DNA of 64,000 nucleotides from Candidatus Babeliales bacterium (GTDB lineage Bacteria; Babelota; Babeliae; Babelales; JBFXEV01): NCBI GenBank assembly GCA_050179755.1, contig JBFXEV010000001.1, positions 969,994 to 1,033,993 of the forward strand, read 5' to 3'. Shown piece by piece: positions 49,152 to 59,310 of this stretch (position 1 is its first letter; each line of letters starts with the position of its first letter). The notes under the pieces were generated by a model. It saw only the letters and a program-made list of their open reading frames with translations, ran no database searches and was not told where the DNA came from. The position numbers and the translations under genes were made by a program.

Positions 49152-49460
49152 TAATGTTCCTTTTGGCGGTATGGTATGTTTAATTACTAATCTTTCTTAT
49201 GTCTTTTTGTATCACCCTGGTGAATTTCATCATAGAAGAGCTTTCTTTAAAGTGTAAAAATGCTTACCGATCGCACCTAGTATAGCATGAGCGGTATAAA
49301 GTAACTATGCACCACTCACCTGGTTATGTAGTATATCACTTGGCTCGAGCGAGTGCATATATATAACACATAATACCTTTAAATATTGCTTTACTTTAGG
49401 GCTTTTTGGCATACTTAGGGTAAGTCAGGTCTAGATCCCTGCCCTGATTGTGAGGTTATC

Positions 49461-50363
49461 ATGAAATCAATATGGAGCGGCACGATATCCTTTGGGTTAG
49501 TGCAAATCCCTATTCAATTGCTTTCCGCCATACAAGCCCATAGATTTGGTTTTAAGATATTGCATAGTATGTGCAATACACCACTTTCTTATGAGCGCTG
49601 GTGCCCGCATTGCAATAAAAAAGTTGCGTGGGACGATGCCGTTAAAGGCTTGCCCACCGGCGAAGGGTCTTACTATGTGTTCTCTCAAGAAGATATTAAA
49701 GAACTCAAGCCAGAGCGCACTGATACTATTGATATTATTTCGTTTGTAAATCGTGATCTGGTGCCTGATATTTATTTGGATTCCCATTTCTATATTGCAC
49801 CCGATAGAAAATCGTCAAAATCATTCTTTTTATTTATGCAAGCTTTGGCCGATACCGGCCTGGTTGCTATTGGCAGGTTTGTAATGCGTGATAAAGATTA
49901 TATGTGCCTTATTGAACCCTATGAAGATGGTTTATTGTTAACCACGCTTAATTATGACTATGAAATACGGCCGCTTGAAGATGTGCCAGCGCTTAAAAAA
50001 GCGCCAAAACTAACGCAAAGTGAAGTTAATTTGGCAAAGCAGCTTATCAAGCAAATGACCAAAAAGAAGTTTGATATTAGTAAATATAAAGACACATTTG
50101 TTGAGCAGCTTAGAAAAGAATTAAAATCTAAAAAACGCACTGCCCCCAAAGGCACGCGTAAAACAAAATTAAAAGTGCCGGAACGGCATAAAGAAGATCT
50201 TATTACGGCACTTAAAGGGAGCTTGCAAGCGCCAGCGCGTGAACGCTCAGCAGCGTATGCAAAGAGATCTACTAAGACTGTTGCAAAACGCGCTCCTGCA
50301 AAACGTGTAATGCGTAAGAAAGTTACTAAAACTTCTCCAAAACGCAGAAAGGTGCGCTCATGA
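49461..50363 (+). CDS. ku: NHEJ DNA end-binding protein Ku
   Basis: MKSIWSGTISFGLVQIP; basic C-terminal tail. Confidence 0.95.
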   Translation: MKSIWSGTISFGLVQIPIQLLSAIQAHRFGFKILHSMCNTPLSYERWCPHCNKKVAWDDAVKGLPTGEGSYYVFSQEDIKELKPERTDTIDIISFVNRDLVPDIYLDSHFYIAPDRKSSKSFFLFMQALADTGLVAIGRFVMRDKDYMCLIEPYEDGLLLTTLNYDYEIRPLEDVPALKKAPKLTQSEVNLAKQLIKQMTKKKFDISKYKDTFVEQLRKELKSKKRTAPKGTRKTKLKVPERHKEDLITALKGSLQAPARERSAAYAKRSTKTVAKRAPAKRVMRKKVTKTSPKRRKVRS

Positions 50364-51295
50364 AAAAATACGCACCAATGCTTGCCGAGATTGGATCGCA
50401 AGATGATCTTGCAAGAAAAGATTTAATTTTTGAGCCTAAGCTCGATGGTTATCGCGTGATAGTGCATGTTGGCAAAACGTTTGAATTGATTTCCCGCAAT
50501 GGTAACGATATGACCATGCAGTTTCCGGAACTTGAGAGCGTGCAAGATGCCATAAAAGCAGATTCATGCGTGCTTGATGGCGAGCTTGTGTGCTATGATA
50601 AAGAGGGCAACCCTAGTTTTGATTTGATTCAAGGCCGTAGCCAACTTGGCAGCCGCATGATTATTCATATTCGAGCAGCGGAATCGCCAGCAACCATTGT
50701 GCTTTTTGATGTGCTTGAATATAATGGCAAATCAATGCTTGATACGCCACTTATTGAACGCAAGAAATTGTTAGATAAAATTATTCTCAAATCTGATCGC
50801 ATGGTAACCGTGCCTTACACTACTGACGGCAAAAAAATGTGGAAAGAAATTACAAAGCGTGATACTGAAGGCGTGATTGCAAAAGAGGCAAAAAGTCATT
50901 ATTATCCGGGCAAGCGCAAAGATGTATGGCTTAAGATTAAGCACTATGAAACTGCAGATTGTGTGGTTATTGGTTATACACAAGAGCGCAGGTTAATATC
51001 GTCACTTAGTTTAGGCATGTATGATAAAAAAGGTGAATTAGTTTCTGTGGGGTCGGTGGGTACCGGGTTCACTGAAGCGGTGCAAAAAGAATTGTATAAA
51101 AAGTTATATCCGTTGCATGGCAAGATTACGCTTGATGGTAGAGCTAAAATTGCGGGGATTAAATGGGTGAATCCGGTGTTAGTGGTGGAGGTTAAGTTTT
51201 TAGAGTTTACTAAAGATAAGAAGTTGAGGCATGTTAGTTTTTTAAGAATTAGGACTGATAAAAAAGCTGATGAATGTGTTTTCCCGTCTAAATAA
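50360..51295 (+). CDS. ligD: NHEJ ATP-dependent ligase (LigD ligase domain only)
   Basis: EPKLDGYR, LDGEL, FDVL, EGVIAK, WLKIK, VGTGF, LRH.SF; ATGA overlap with ku. Confidence 0.9.
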   Translation: MKKYAPMLAEIGSQDDLARKDLIFEPKLDGYRVIVHVGKTFELISRNGNDMTMQFPELESVQDAIKADSCVLDGELVCYDKEGNPSFDLIQGRSQLGSRMIIHIRAAESPATIVLFDVLEYNGKSMLDTPLIERKKLLDKIILKSDRMVTVPYTTDGKKMWKEITKRDTEGVIAKEAKSHYYPGKRKDVWLKIKHYETADCVVIGYTQERRLISSLSLGMYDKKGELVSVGSVGTGFTEAVQKELYKKLYPLHGKITLDGRAKIAGIKWVNPVLVVEVKFLEFTKDKKLRHVSFLRIRTDKKADECVFPSK

Positions 51296-51636
51296 TTCTC
51301 TTTTCCGCTAAAGTATTTATAGAAGTTCTACTGACATTATACATATATTAATCTCTGGTGCCGCTACGCGCAGAAAAAAGGACTCAAAAAATAAACATTT
51401 TTTTTATTAGTTGTGTAGAAAAAGTCTTAATAGGTCCATTTGATGTTCACTGGGCCACTACGCGTGGCAGCGCACAAATCTTTTTGGTGGCAAAAAGATT
51501 GTGAAGAAAAACCAGTTAAGGGCGCCTTCGCCCCCTAACTACCCCATCTCCCGGTGAAGACGCCTATCTCGAATTTCATTTCATGAAATTCTCACTAGAC
51601 TCCACCGTTTCGTGTAGGATTTACATTATTAAAAAT

Positions 51637-51785
51637 GCCATAAGCAGCACATGCGCTCTGCACTGTGCTGCAAATAACGCTAAGAACCAAGAAAACACAT
51701 CACTCGTTACAGGCTGCTTTGGCAGGCTGTATACGTGGAAAGTTAGGCGTTACCGGCGGGTCAAGCTTTAGCTTGGCTCCTTTTT
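51637..51785 (+). ncRNA. Candidate structured RNA of unknown family ending in an intrinsic terminator
   Basis: Several complementary stems plus gggtcaagc/gcttggctc hairpin and T run (see findings). Confidence 0.45.
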
Positions 51786-51804
51786 GTTGAGACCTTTTGG
51801 AGAA

Positions 51805-51903
51805 GCCCTCCTACGCCAAGGCTCCGAAGGGCAGGCAAAAAATTGGCCGCCTTTAGTCCGCCGTAGTTTGCCGAGCTTGAGTGCCCGGATAAACGAAGGC
51901 GGA
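51805..51903. repeat. Two family A repeats in opposite orientation
   Basis: gccctcctacgccaaggctccgaagggc and gtccgccgtagtttgccgagcttgagtgcccggataaacgaaggcgga. Confidence 0.65.
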
Positions 51904-52054
51904 ACAGGCTCTTGAGATAAAATATAAGAAAATGAGTGTCCAGCTCTGAAAGGTGTATCTATAAAAAAAGCTAAACTTCTTAAAAATACTGTTATACTTA
52001 ATTATATAAGCATTTTTTAGCACCAAACCCTATTTAATAAGTAAAAAACCGATC

Positions 52055-53029
52055 ATGAACTACTGGCAATCAAAAGTAACCATCGGCCCCTACTCTTTTC
52101 CCCGTTTTATCGGCGGCCCGCTTGACGGCATCACCGATTCGCCGTTCCGCCAGTTAGTGCGCGATTTCTCTAAAGATGAGCTTTTGTATACCGAAATGCG
52201 GCACGTGGCATGTATAGCCAATGATAAAGGCGGCCAGCGCGCGCTCAAATTTTTGCAGACCGAACGGCCTATCAATTACCAAATTGCTGCAAATGAACCA
52301 CGTTTTGTGGTAGAGGCGTGTGAAAAAATTATGGCAGCAGGTGTTGATATTATTGATTTAAACGTTGGGTGCCCTGCGCCGGCCGTTACTGCCAATAAGT
52401 CAGGTTCTGCGCTTATGGATGATTTGCCGCGTTTAAAATCCATTTTAACTACCATGGAGTCATGTCTTAAAATTCCATTTACGGTAAAAATTCGAGCGGG
52501 CTTTACGTGCAAAAATGCGGTGGACGTTGCAAAGTTGATTCAAGATTGTGGTGCTGCTGCAGTGGCTATTCACCCCCGCACGCGTGCACAAAAATTTAAC
52601 GGCCGCCCTGATTATGAGTTGGCAGCGCAGGTTAAACAAGCAGTGCAAATACCGGTATTGCTTTCTGGCAACGTGGTGAATTATAAAACAGCACAACTTG
52701 CCTATAATCAAACGGGCGTTGACGGCTTTTTGATTGGCAGAGGCATTTGGGGCAAGCCATGGCAATTGCGTGAAATGCAGGAACATGCAGAAGGTAACCC
52801 TTATAAAATTGATCAAGTGACCATGCTCTATTATGCGCTGCAACATTTGCATAAAATGTTAGAGCATTATGGGCCAAAAGGGTTATACTGTTTTAGAAAA
52901 CATATGCCGTTTTATTTAAGAGGTTTTGAAAATGCCTCAAGCGTGCGGCAGCAATTGGTGATTGCAAATTCAGTAGATGAAGTAACAGAGTTGTTAAGTA
53001 AATTACAGGAAGTAGGCGGTGCTCAATAA
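52055..53029 (+). CDS. dusB: tRNA-dihydrouridine synthase (DusB-like)
   Basis: GITDSPFR, IDLNVGCP, GSALM, TVKIRAG, HPRTRAQ, IGRG. Confidence 0.9.
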   Translation: MNYWQSKVTIGPYSFPRFIGGPLDGITDSPFRQLVRDFSKDELLYTEMRHVACIANDKGGQRALKFLQTERPINYQIAANEPRFVVEACEKIMAAGVDIIDLNVGCPAPAVTANKSGSALMDDLPRLKSILTTMESCLKIPFTVKIRAGFTCKNAVDVAKLIQDCGAAAVAIHPRTRAQKFNGRPDYELAAQVKQAVQIPVLLSGNVVNYKTAQLAYNQTGVDGFLIGRGIWGKPWQLREMQEHAEGNPYKIDQVTMLYYALQHLHKMLEHYGPKGLYCFRKHMPFYLRGFENASSVRQQLVIANSVDEVTELLSKLQEVGGAQ

Positions 53030-53819
53030 GTGGTTGAAGCAGTATGCAGTATGGTTTGTGTGTAGTGCGGTCTTTTTCTTTGGTTTACATCGTTTTTTTG
53101 CGGCAACGCCGGGCATAGTAGAGTACGCAGCTTCTTATATTACGTATCCCTTTTTAATTATGCAATCATATGTAACACGTTCACTCACTGATTTTTTTGC
53201 TGAACGAGAAAAAAGTAGCATATTGCGAGCGGCAGTAGAAAAATTGGAAGAGCAACTTATCAACGCGCAATCGCAAATGATTGTTCTTGAATCTCAATTA
53301 GATTTTGCAAAAGATACATACGAAGTGCGTGAATTTGCCGAGCGCTATGAAACTGAACATGCTATTCTTTCGCACGTATTGGTGCGGCAACTTACCGAGC
53401 AACAACAACTCTATGTTATTGATAAAGGCAGTAATCAAGGAGTTACTGTTGATATGGTTGCTGTATATAAAAACTGTTTGCTTGGCCGCGTTGCAATGGT
53501 GTATCCTACCTATTCAAAAATACAACTAATTACCGATATTGGGTGTAAAGTTGCAGCGTTTTGTGGCAGTACGCAAGCGCAAGGCATTCACGAAGGCCGC
53601 AATAATGCACAAGAATCAGCGCTTAATTTTGTGAGTCATTTAGAAACTATCTGTGTTGGTGATCTAGTGATTTCAAGTGGCAGTGGGCTTGTGTTCCCGC
53701 GTGGGTTTATGCTTGGCAGTATTAAAGAAGCCAAGATTGATGGTTTGTATTATGCTATTACGATAACTCCACCACTTGATTTACACAACGTTGAGTATGT
53801 GTATCTTATCAAAAAATAA
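53019..53819 (+). CDS. mreC: Rod shape-determining protein MreC
   Basis: TM, coiled coil, IDKGSNQGV, LITD, GDLVISSG.G.VFPRG. Confidence 0.9.
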   Translation: MLNKWLKQYAVWFVCSAVFFFGLHRFFAATPGIVEYAASYITYPFLIMQSYVTRSLTDFFAEREKSSILRAAVEKLEEQLINAQSQMIVLESQLDFAKDTYEVREFAERYETEHAILSHVLVRQLTEQQQLYVIDKGSNQGVTVDMVAVYKNCLLGRVAMVYPTYSKIQLITDIGCKVAAFCGSTQAQGIHEGRNNAQESALNFVSHLETICVGDLVISSGSGLVFPRGFMLGSIKEAKIDGLYYAITITPPLDLHNVEYVYLIKK

Positions 53820-53929
53820 TTCTGACAACTGATTGTTCAATCTCATAATTTAGCATAAAATGTATGCATCACATTGCATGATAGCAGTGAAACATAAAGC
53901 ATATCAAATATTACAACATCAGGATTCAC

Positions 53930-56900
53930 ATGCATAAATGTTTTTATAGCTTGTTTTTAGTATCGTCATTTGTTGTTGCGATGGAACCAAATTTAACTAT
54001 TCAATGTGATCCTGCGTTAATTCCTACCTATCATGAATGTGCACAGGAACTTCAAAATAATTCTTGGCACAAAGCTGTTGATACAGCATTGCTTTCAGCA
54101 TATGCAGAGCATGGTGATCTACACATGTTTGAGTCAAGGATTGGGCGTGAAAAAAAATTACGTGATAATCAATTACTTTCATGGGCCATGGGCAGTGAAT
54201 TTGATGTGGTAAGAACACTTTTAAGGCGTGGTATTGCGCAAACTATAGGTGATAGTAGTTGGTGCAGTTATATAGAATCCGCATTGTCTGACAATAATGA
54301 TCTTCTTGCAACTGAGTTATTACAAGCAAAAGCAGATTTTGATCCACAAGCAGGTAAAATGGATTGGGTAACGTTATTGCAATGGGCAGCATCAACTGGT
54401 GCAATCAACACGGCACGTACTCTACTTGAAGGCCCGTATGGTGCAAAAATGGTTGATGCTTCTACAAAGAGTGCTCCTTTTACACCATTGCAACTTGCAG
54501 CGCAATGGCAGCAGGTTTCTAATGGCGTATGTTATGCTGAACCATTATTTAGCGCACGCAAACGTGAAATGATTAATTTGTTGCTCACACATAGAGCAAA
54601 ATTTGATGTGATAATTACTACAAGATTTGGTGACCGTTGTGTAGTTGGTAATGAACATACGCAATCATTTGTTAATTGGTGTGTGTCACAAAAATATGAT
54701 GATTGTTTAGCGCGTTTAGTTGAACGTAAGCAATTATGTGGAGATAATGTTATTAAGAATGATTATTCTGGTGTAGAACAAACATTATCATCTTGGGCCG
54801 CAGGGCAGGGCAGTTTGCCGCTCGTAAAAGCATTAGTGCCGATGGTAGATGAAAAACCTAAGTATCAGGTAGATTTTACTGAATTGATTAAGCGAGCAGT
54901 AAATTGGGGCCGTAAGCCTGTTATCGATTATTTAGGCATGCATCCAGCCACTAAAAGAAGAAAATCTACCGCACAATTAATGATGCATTGCGCTGTAAGC
55001 CATGGTTGGTTGGGCACAGCGCGCGCACTTGCAACGCATTATGGTATTGAAAATCTTACTGGTGAAGATGATTGGTATCATACTAGTGAATATTTTCATG
55101 ACATAGCACCAAACGTATCTCCTGCAATGGTGCGGCAACTTCTTGCGTGGGATTGTAATCCGCGTGCAAAAAATGAACAAGGTAACGTGCCGCTTATGTC
55201 AGTTACTGCTGCAAATAACGTGCAATCAACAGCTGTTATGCTTGCAGCAGGTTGTTTGCTCGATGAAGGAAATATTTCAGCACTCGCTGCAACTTTTTCT
55301 TCAAACAAGACAACACCAGAACTGTTTGAACAACTACTTGCCTATACATCTGATCGTGCGCATGTGCGAGAGATTTGTGTTGCGCAGACTGGCATGACTC
55401 CTGTTGAATTTGCTGTTGGCAAAGGCTACCGCATGACCAAGCTAGTGCTAGAAGCTGGATTTGATCCGAATGAATATAAGCAAGAGCATCCTCTTGCATT
55501 TGCAGTTGGCCATAAGGATAGTGAACTAGTGGCATTGCTTTTGCGCCATGGCGCAGATGCCGATATAACATTTGAAGATGGCAGTACGTTGTTGCATAGA
55601 GCTGCACAACATGGCAGCGTTGTTATGTTGCAACATTTGTTTAATGCCGGCGTGCAACCGTCAGTAGATGAAAATGGGCACACGCCTTTGTTGAATGCTG
55701 CTTATTTCAATACTCCTGAAGTTGTTTCATTCTTGCTTAATCGCAATGGCCCAGAGGCAATTCGTCAAATAGCATATACATTAGAATCTCATAATGATGG
55801 CCCTGATATTTCGCAAACGCTATTTGAATATGTGATTCACCAAAGAAGAAATGATGTAGTGCCAGTATGCCAATTACTTTATGAGCTTGGCGCTGATTTA
55901 GAACGCGTTAATGAACTTGGTGAAACGCCGATATTTTGGGCAGTCAGAAATAGCAACGCTGCCGCACTTGAATGGGCAGTGGCACAAGGTGCTCGCCTTG
56001 ATGTAACAAATCAAGAAGGTGAAACGCCTCTTTCATTTTTGGCATCGCAAATAGAATGGGTTCAAGAAGAATTATTAATTGCTGTGCTTAAAGGGCTTTC
56101 TGCTTATGCCGGCGGCGTTGTGCCAGTGATGGATGCTATAGAGCTTAGTAAAAAATATCCATTAGATAACTATTGGGTTTCTGATGAGCACGTTAAAGTT
56201 TGGAAAGCATCACTGAAGTTTGATCCATTTGAACAAATTGGGCTTTATTGTGGCACTGGTTTGCATAAAGAGTATCTGCGTGAGCGTGAGGTTAAACCAA
56301 CACTTGCAGCTCGGTTAAAAGAGATTGAGCAAAAAAATTGCCGGCATGGTGCGTATTTGTTTGCACAAAAAATGAAGGAGATGTTTACTGGTAATGATCT
56401 TGAAGCGGTAAAGCAATTTGTGGCGACTAATGTTAATTTGTGTACATATGACGTGCAACATGGTGCTACGGTGCTCCATTGGGCTGCCCAAAATGGTCAT
56501 GCTGATTTGGTAAGAGATTTGCTTGAAAATCATGGCCTTAAAGAAGTAATCAATAAAGAAACTATTCATAAATGCGCTGCATTAAGTGAAGCGGCAACTG
56601 CTGAATGTGCGCAGATACTACTTGATAATGGTGCCGCAATTACGCCAAACGTGATCTCTCGATTAATTTTTCAAACAAATAACGAGGCATGTGGTGTAAT
56701 TCTTGCGCATCTTGATGGGGCAGCGTTTTCGCAGGAAGATGTTCAACGTCTTTATGAAAGTGCGGCTCATAATGGTAACGTGCTGATTACCCAAAAATTT
56801 TTGGAGCTTGGTGCTCAGCCTAAAATAGCAGATCTTGAGCATGCGGTGCGTGAGCAACGTGTTGGTGTGGCGACTTTGCTTGCAGCACGAGGCATTTCAA

Positions 56901-57799
56901 TTGCAGATGCTAATACGGCAGCACAACAAAACAAGTGGAACCCTTTATCTTCTCTTGCTTATCTTGCAGTGGAAAAGAAAAATTCTGCTTTACTTAAAGA
57001 AGTTATTGAAACAGCAGATGAGTCATTGTTAACAAGTGCAGTGTGGCGGGATTTTCATGAAGGTGTTGCTATCTTATTAGAAGCTGGTATTGTTCCCACC
57101 AATACACATCCAAGTGATCCCTTGATGGATGCAATACGAGCTAAATCTGTTGAGTGTTGTAAACTACTAGTGGAACATCAAACCGTGCGGTTTGTGCATG
57201 TAGAAAAAGCATTGCTACATGCACCAATTATGCGCATATTATTGCCAAAATTTGAACCATCACAAGAACAGTGTGCAGCGCTACTTGAAAAAGCAGTTGA
57301 TTCGTGTGCTGCAGATTCGGTGCGCATTTTGCTTGAGAAAACGCGTAATTTAAGTGGTGTTACTTCTAAGGGGCTTACGTATTTTCATATGATTGCACAA
57401 AAAGCACATCACTTTGGTGTTGATGAACGCAGCGCGCAAAATAAAGGTGCTCATTGGAGTGAACGAGTTAAAAATATTACCTGGTTGCAATCTTGGAAAA
57501 CGCGCGTTTTAGAAGGTAATGAATGCGCAGATACTCAATCAGAATCACGAGGAAAGGTTCAAGGCATTGTTGCAACTTTGCATGCGTTAATGACAACGCC
57601 TGTTTGCGCTAGCGCGCAAACGCACAAAAACGCACTTTTTTGGGCATTGCACGGGGGAGTTGGCAAACAGCAAATAAAGCCTTTTGATATGGCACAGAAA
57701 GCTGGTAATTCCACTACATTTTCTGATCTGTTTGATGTTGCTAAAGTTGAACAGTGGCATGCGGCAATTGATCGGGAGTATGAGAAGAAGGATGTATGA
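53930..57799 (+). CDS. Large exported ankyrin-repeat protein (1289 aa)
   Basis: VVA-ME signal end; many ankyrin repeats (TPLQLAA, GSTLLHRAA, GHTPLLNAA, GETPIFWAV, GATVLHWAA). Confidence 0.9.
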   Translation: MHKCFYSLFLVSSFVVAMEPNLTIQCDPALIPTYHECAQELQNNSWHKAVDTALLSAYAEHGDLHMFESRIGREKKLRDNQLLSWAMGSEFDVVRTLLRRGIAQTIGDSSWCSYIESALSDNNDLLATELLQAKADFDPQAGKMDWVTLLQWAASTGAINTARTLLEGPYGAKMVDASTKSAPFTPLQLAAQWQQVSNGVCYAEPLFSARKREMINLLLTHRAKFDVIITTRFGDRCVVGNEHTQSFVNWCVSQKYDDCLARLVERKQLCGDNVIKNDYSGVEQTLSSWAAGQGSLPLVKALVPMVDEKPKYQVDFTELIKRAVNWGRKPVIDYLGMHPATKRRKSTAQLMMHCAVSHGWLGTARALATHYGIENLTGEDDWYHTSEYFHDIAPNVSPAMVRQLLAWDCNPRAKNEQGNVPLMSVTAANNVQSTAVMLAAGCLLDEGNISALAATFSSNKTTPELFEQLLAYTSDRAHVREICVAQTGMTPVEFAVGKGYRMTKLVLEAGFDPNEYKQEHPLAFAVGHKDSELVALLLRHGADADITFEDGSTLLHRAAQHGSVVMLQHLFNAGVQPSVDENGHTPLLNAAYFNTPEVVSFLLNRNGPEAIRQIAYTLESHNDGPDISQTLFEYVIHQRRNDVVPVCQLLYELGADLERVNELGETPIFWAVRNSNAAALEWAVAQGARLDVTNQEGETPLSFLASQIEWVQEELLIAVLKGLSAYAGGVVPVMDAIELSKKYPLDNYWVSDEHVKVWKASLKFDPFEQIGLYCGTGLHKEYLREREVKPTLAARLKEIEQKNCRHGAYLFAQKMKEMFTGNDLEAVKQFVATNVNLCTYDVQHGATVLHWAAQNGHADLVRDLLENHGLKEVINKETIHKCAALSEAATAECAQILLDNGAAITPNVISRLIFQTNNEACGVILAHLDGAAFSQEDVQRLYESAAHNGNVLITQKFLELGAQPKIADLEHAVREQRVGVATLLAARGISIADANTAAQQNKWNPLSSLAYLAVEKKNSALLKEVIETADESLLTSAVWRDFHEGVAILLEAGIVPTNTHPSDPLMDAIRAKSVECCKLLVEHQTVRFVHVEKALLHAPIMRILLPKFEPSQEQCAALLEKAVDSCAADSVRILLEKTRNLSGVTSKGLTYFHMIAQKAHHFGVDERSAQNKGAHWSERVKNITWLQSWKTRVLEGNECADTQSESRGKVQGIVATLHALMTTPVCASAQTHKNALFWALHGGVGKQQIKPFDMAQKAGNSTTFSDLFDVAKVEQWHAAIDREYEKKDV

Positions 57800-58744
57800 A
57801 ATTAATTTTGCTGTGTTTATTAATGAGTGCGCATGCTGTTGCAATGGATACGCAGAATTCATGTGAAGCACATGAAACTCCACGTGTACTTGAGGGTGCT
57901 CTCCTTTCAAAAGAAGCGCGCCAAGCAAAGCTTGCTGAATGGTGGGGCACTAAAAAAATAAACGTGAAACAGTATCCAATGGCCAGTGCAAGTGGCTCTG
58001 GAAGATGGGATATATGCTTGTTGTTGGCACAAGAATATGGAGATGCATTAATAGAAGACGATATTCAAAAAGTATTTTCGCATGCAACTGCAATTAGTAG
58101 TTGTGGACGTATTGATGATTGCATTCCAGTATGTAGCGCATTCGTGCGTCTTGGCGCAAAGCCCACTGCCGATCAATTGTTATTTGCAATAAAGTGCCTT
58201 AATAATCCAATGGCACAATTTTTGATACAGAATGGTGTGACCATTGCGCAAGCTGCTGAACACCGAAAAATTGTGTATCACGGCAAACCATCATCTCTTG
58301 CAGAATTGGTAGTGTGTCTATCACGGCCTCATCTTAATAGGACCAAAGGGCTTGCGATGCTCCAAACAGTTATTGAGACAGCAAATGCAGGAACTCTTTT
58401 TAGTGCTTTGCGTGCTCATTGGGTTGAAGCGGTGGCACTAGTGATCAAGCAGCTTGCTGTGCGCGGTGAACCGTTACCCGCACAGGCTTTGAGCATTGCA
58501 ATAGTGGAGGAATCAGTTGAGTGTTGTAAGTTATTACTGGCCGCATGGTCAAGTGGTTACTTGGGAGCATATTCAATTACCGCATGATCCTGCAGTTCTT
58601 GAATGTTTGTTGTCTGAGTATGATGCTACACCAGAGCAACTGGCACGGTTTGAGGATTTTATCAATAACCCGCATAATGGTGGTTATGATATGAAAGAAG
58701 TAATGCGTGCCTATATTAAGCGAAGGAATTCGGAGTTGGCTTGA
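57796..58744 (+). pseudogene. Frameshifted exported paralogue of the C-terminal part of the large ankyrin protein
   Basis: SVECCKLL shared; similarity continues in the 58517-58744 frame (PHGQVVTWEHI vs EHQTVRFVHV), implying one extra base near 58540. Confidence 0.65.
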
Positions 58745-58753
58745 AATCTAAAG

Positions 58754-58919
58754 CTATTTTTTAAATAATTTTAGATATTCACCATATCCTTCTTTTTGTA
58801 AATCTTCTACCGGCACAAAACGCAGTGCTGCAGAATTCATGCAATAGCGTAAACTGGTAGGCATTGGGCCATCAGTAAAAATGTGCCCCAAATGTGAATT
58901 TGCTTGTTTACTATGAACT
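58754..58919 (-). pseudogene. Displaced duplicate of the msrB 3' end
   Basis: Translates [54 protein letters not shown]; direct repeat of 61734-61902. Confidence 0.92.
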
Positions 58920-58939
58920 ACCAAGCTTGCGTCCAGTAG

Positions 58940-59293
58940 TTACTGCACAATTTCTAATATTAAAAGATTATTTAATTGGAATAAATAAAACCATATTTTA
59001 TTATAAAGTTGTTGTCGTTCGCTGTAAGAATTATCTTGCTTTTGTGTAGCTTCTGCAATGAGAGCCTGAACTCTTTCATAGTGGTTTTCATATTGAGTAT
59101 GCATTAGACTGGCAAGCTCTAAAACATATGTATTGTCTATGATGATATTTTGGCTCAAAAGCACAATTGCAATGGTTGAGCAAAATTCACTGTCAATAAA
59201 TTTATGTTCAAGTCCATATCTTAGCAATTCCAGAATATCAATCTTTTTTAATTCAATAATTTTTTGAATAATTTTTTTATTTTGTTCTAACAT
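58940..59293 (-). CDS. Putative immunity protein (DUF2247-like, possibly truncated)
   Basis: YGLEHKFID...VLELA...KIWFYL resembles DUF2247 from memory; lies downstream of the toxin. Confidence 0.5.
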   Translation of the reverse strand: MLEQNKKIIQKIIELKKIDILELLRYGLEHKFIDSEFCSTIAIVLLSQNIIIDNTYVLELASLMHTQYENHYERVQALIAEATQKQDNSYSERQQLYNKIWFYLFQLNNLLILEIVQ

Positions 59294-59310
59294 AATTATC
59301 TCTTAAATAG

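Noticed and set aside
51583..51771. 62-aa ORF, or a tmRNA tag reading beginning ANN...
   Set aside because: No tRNA-like ends and no Ala-rich tag terminus; the region is better explained by RNA structure
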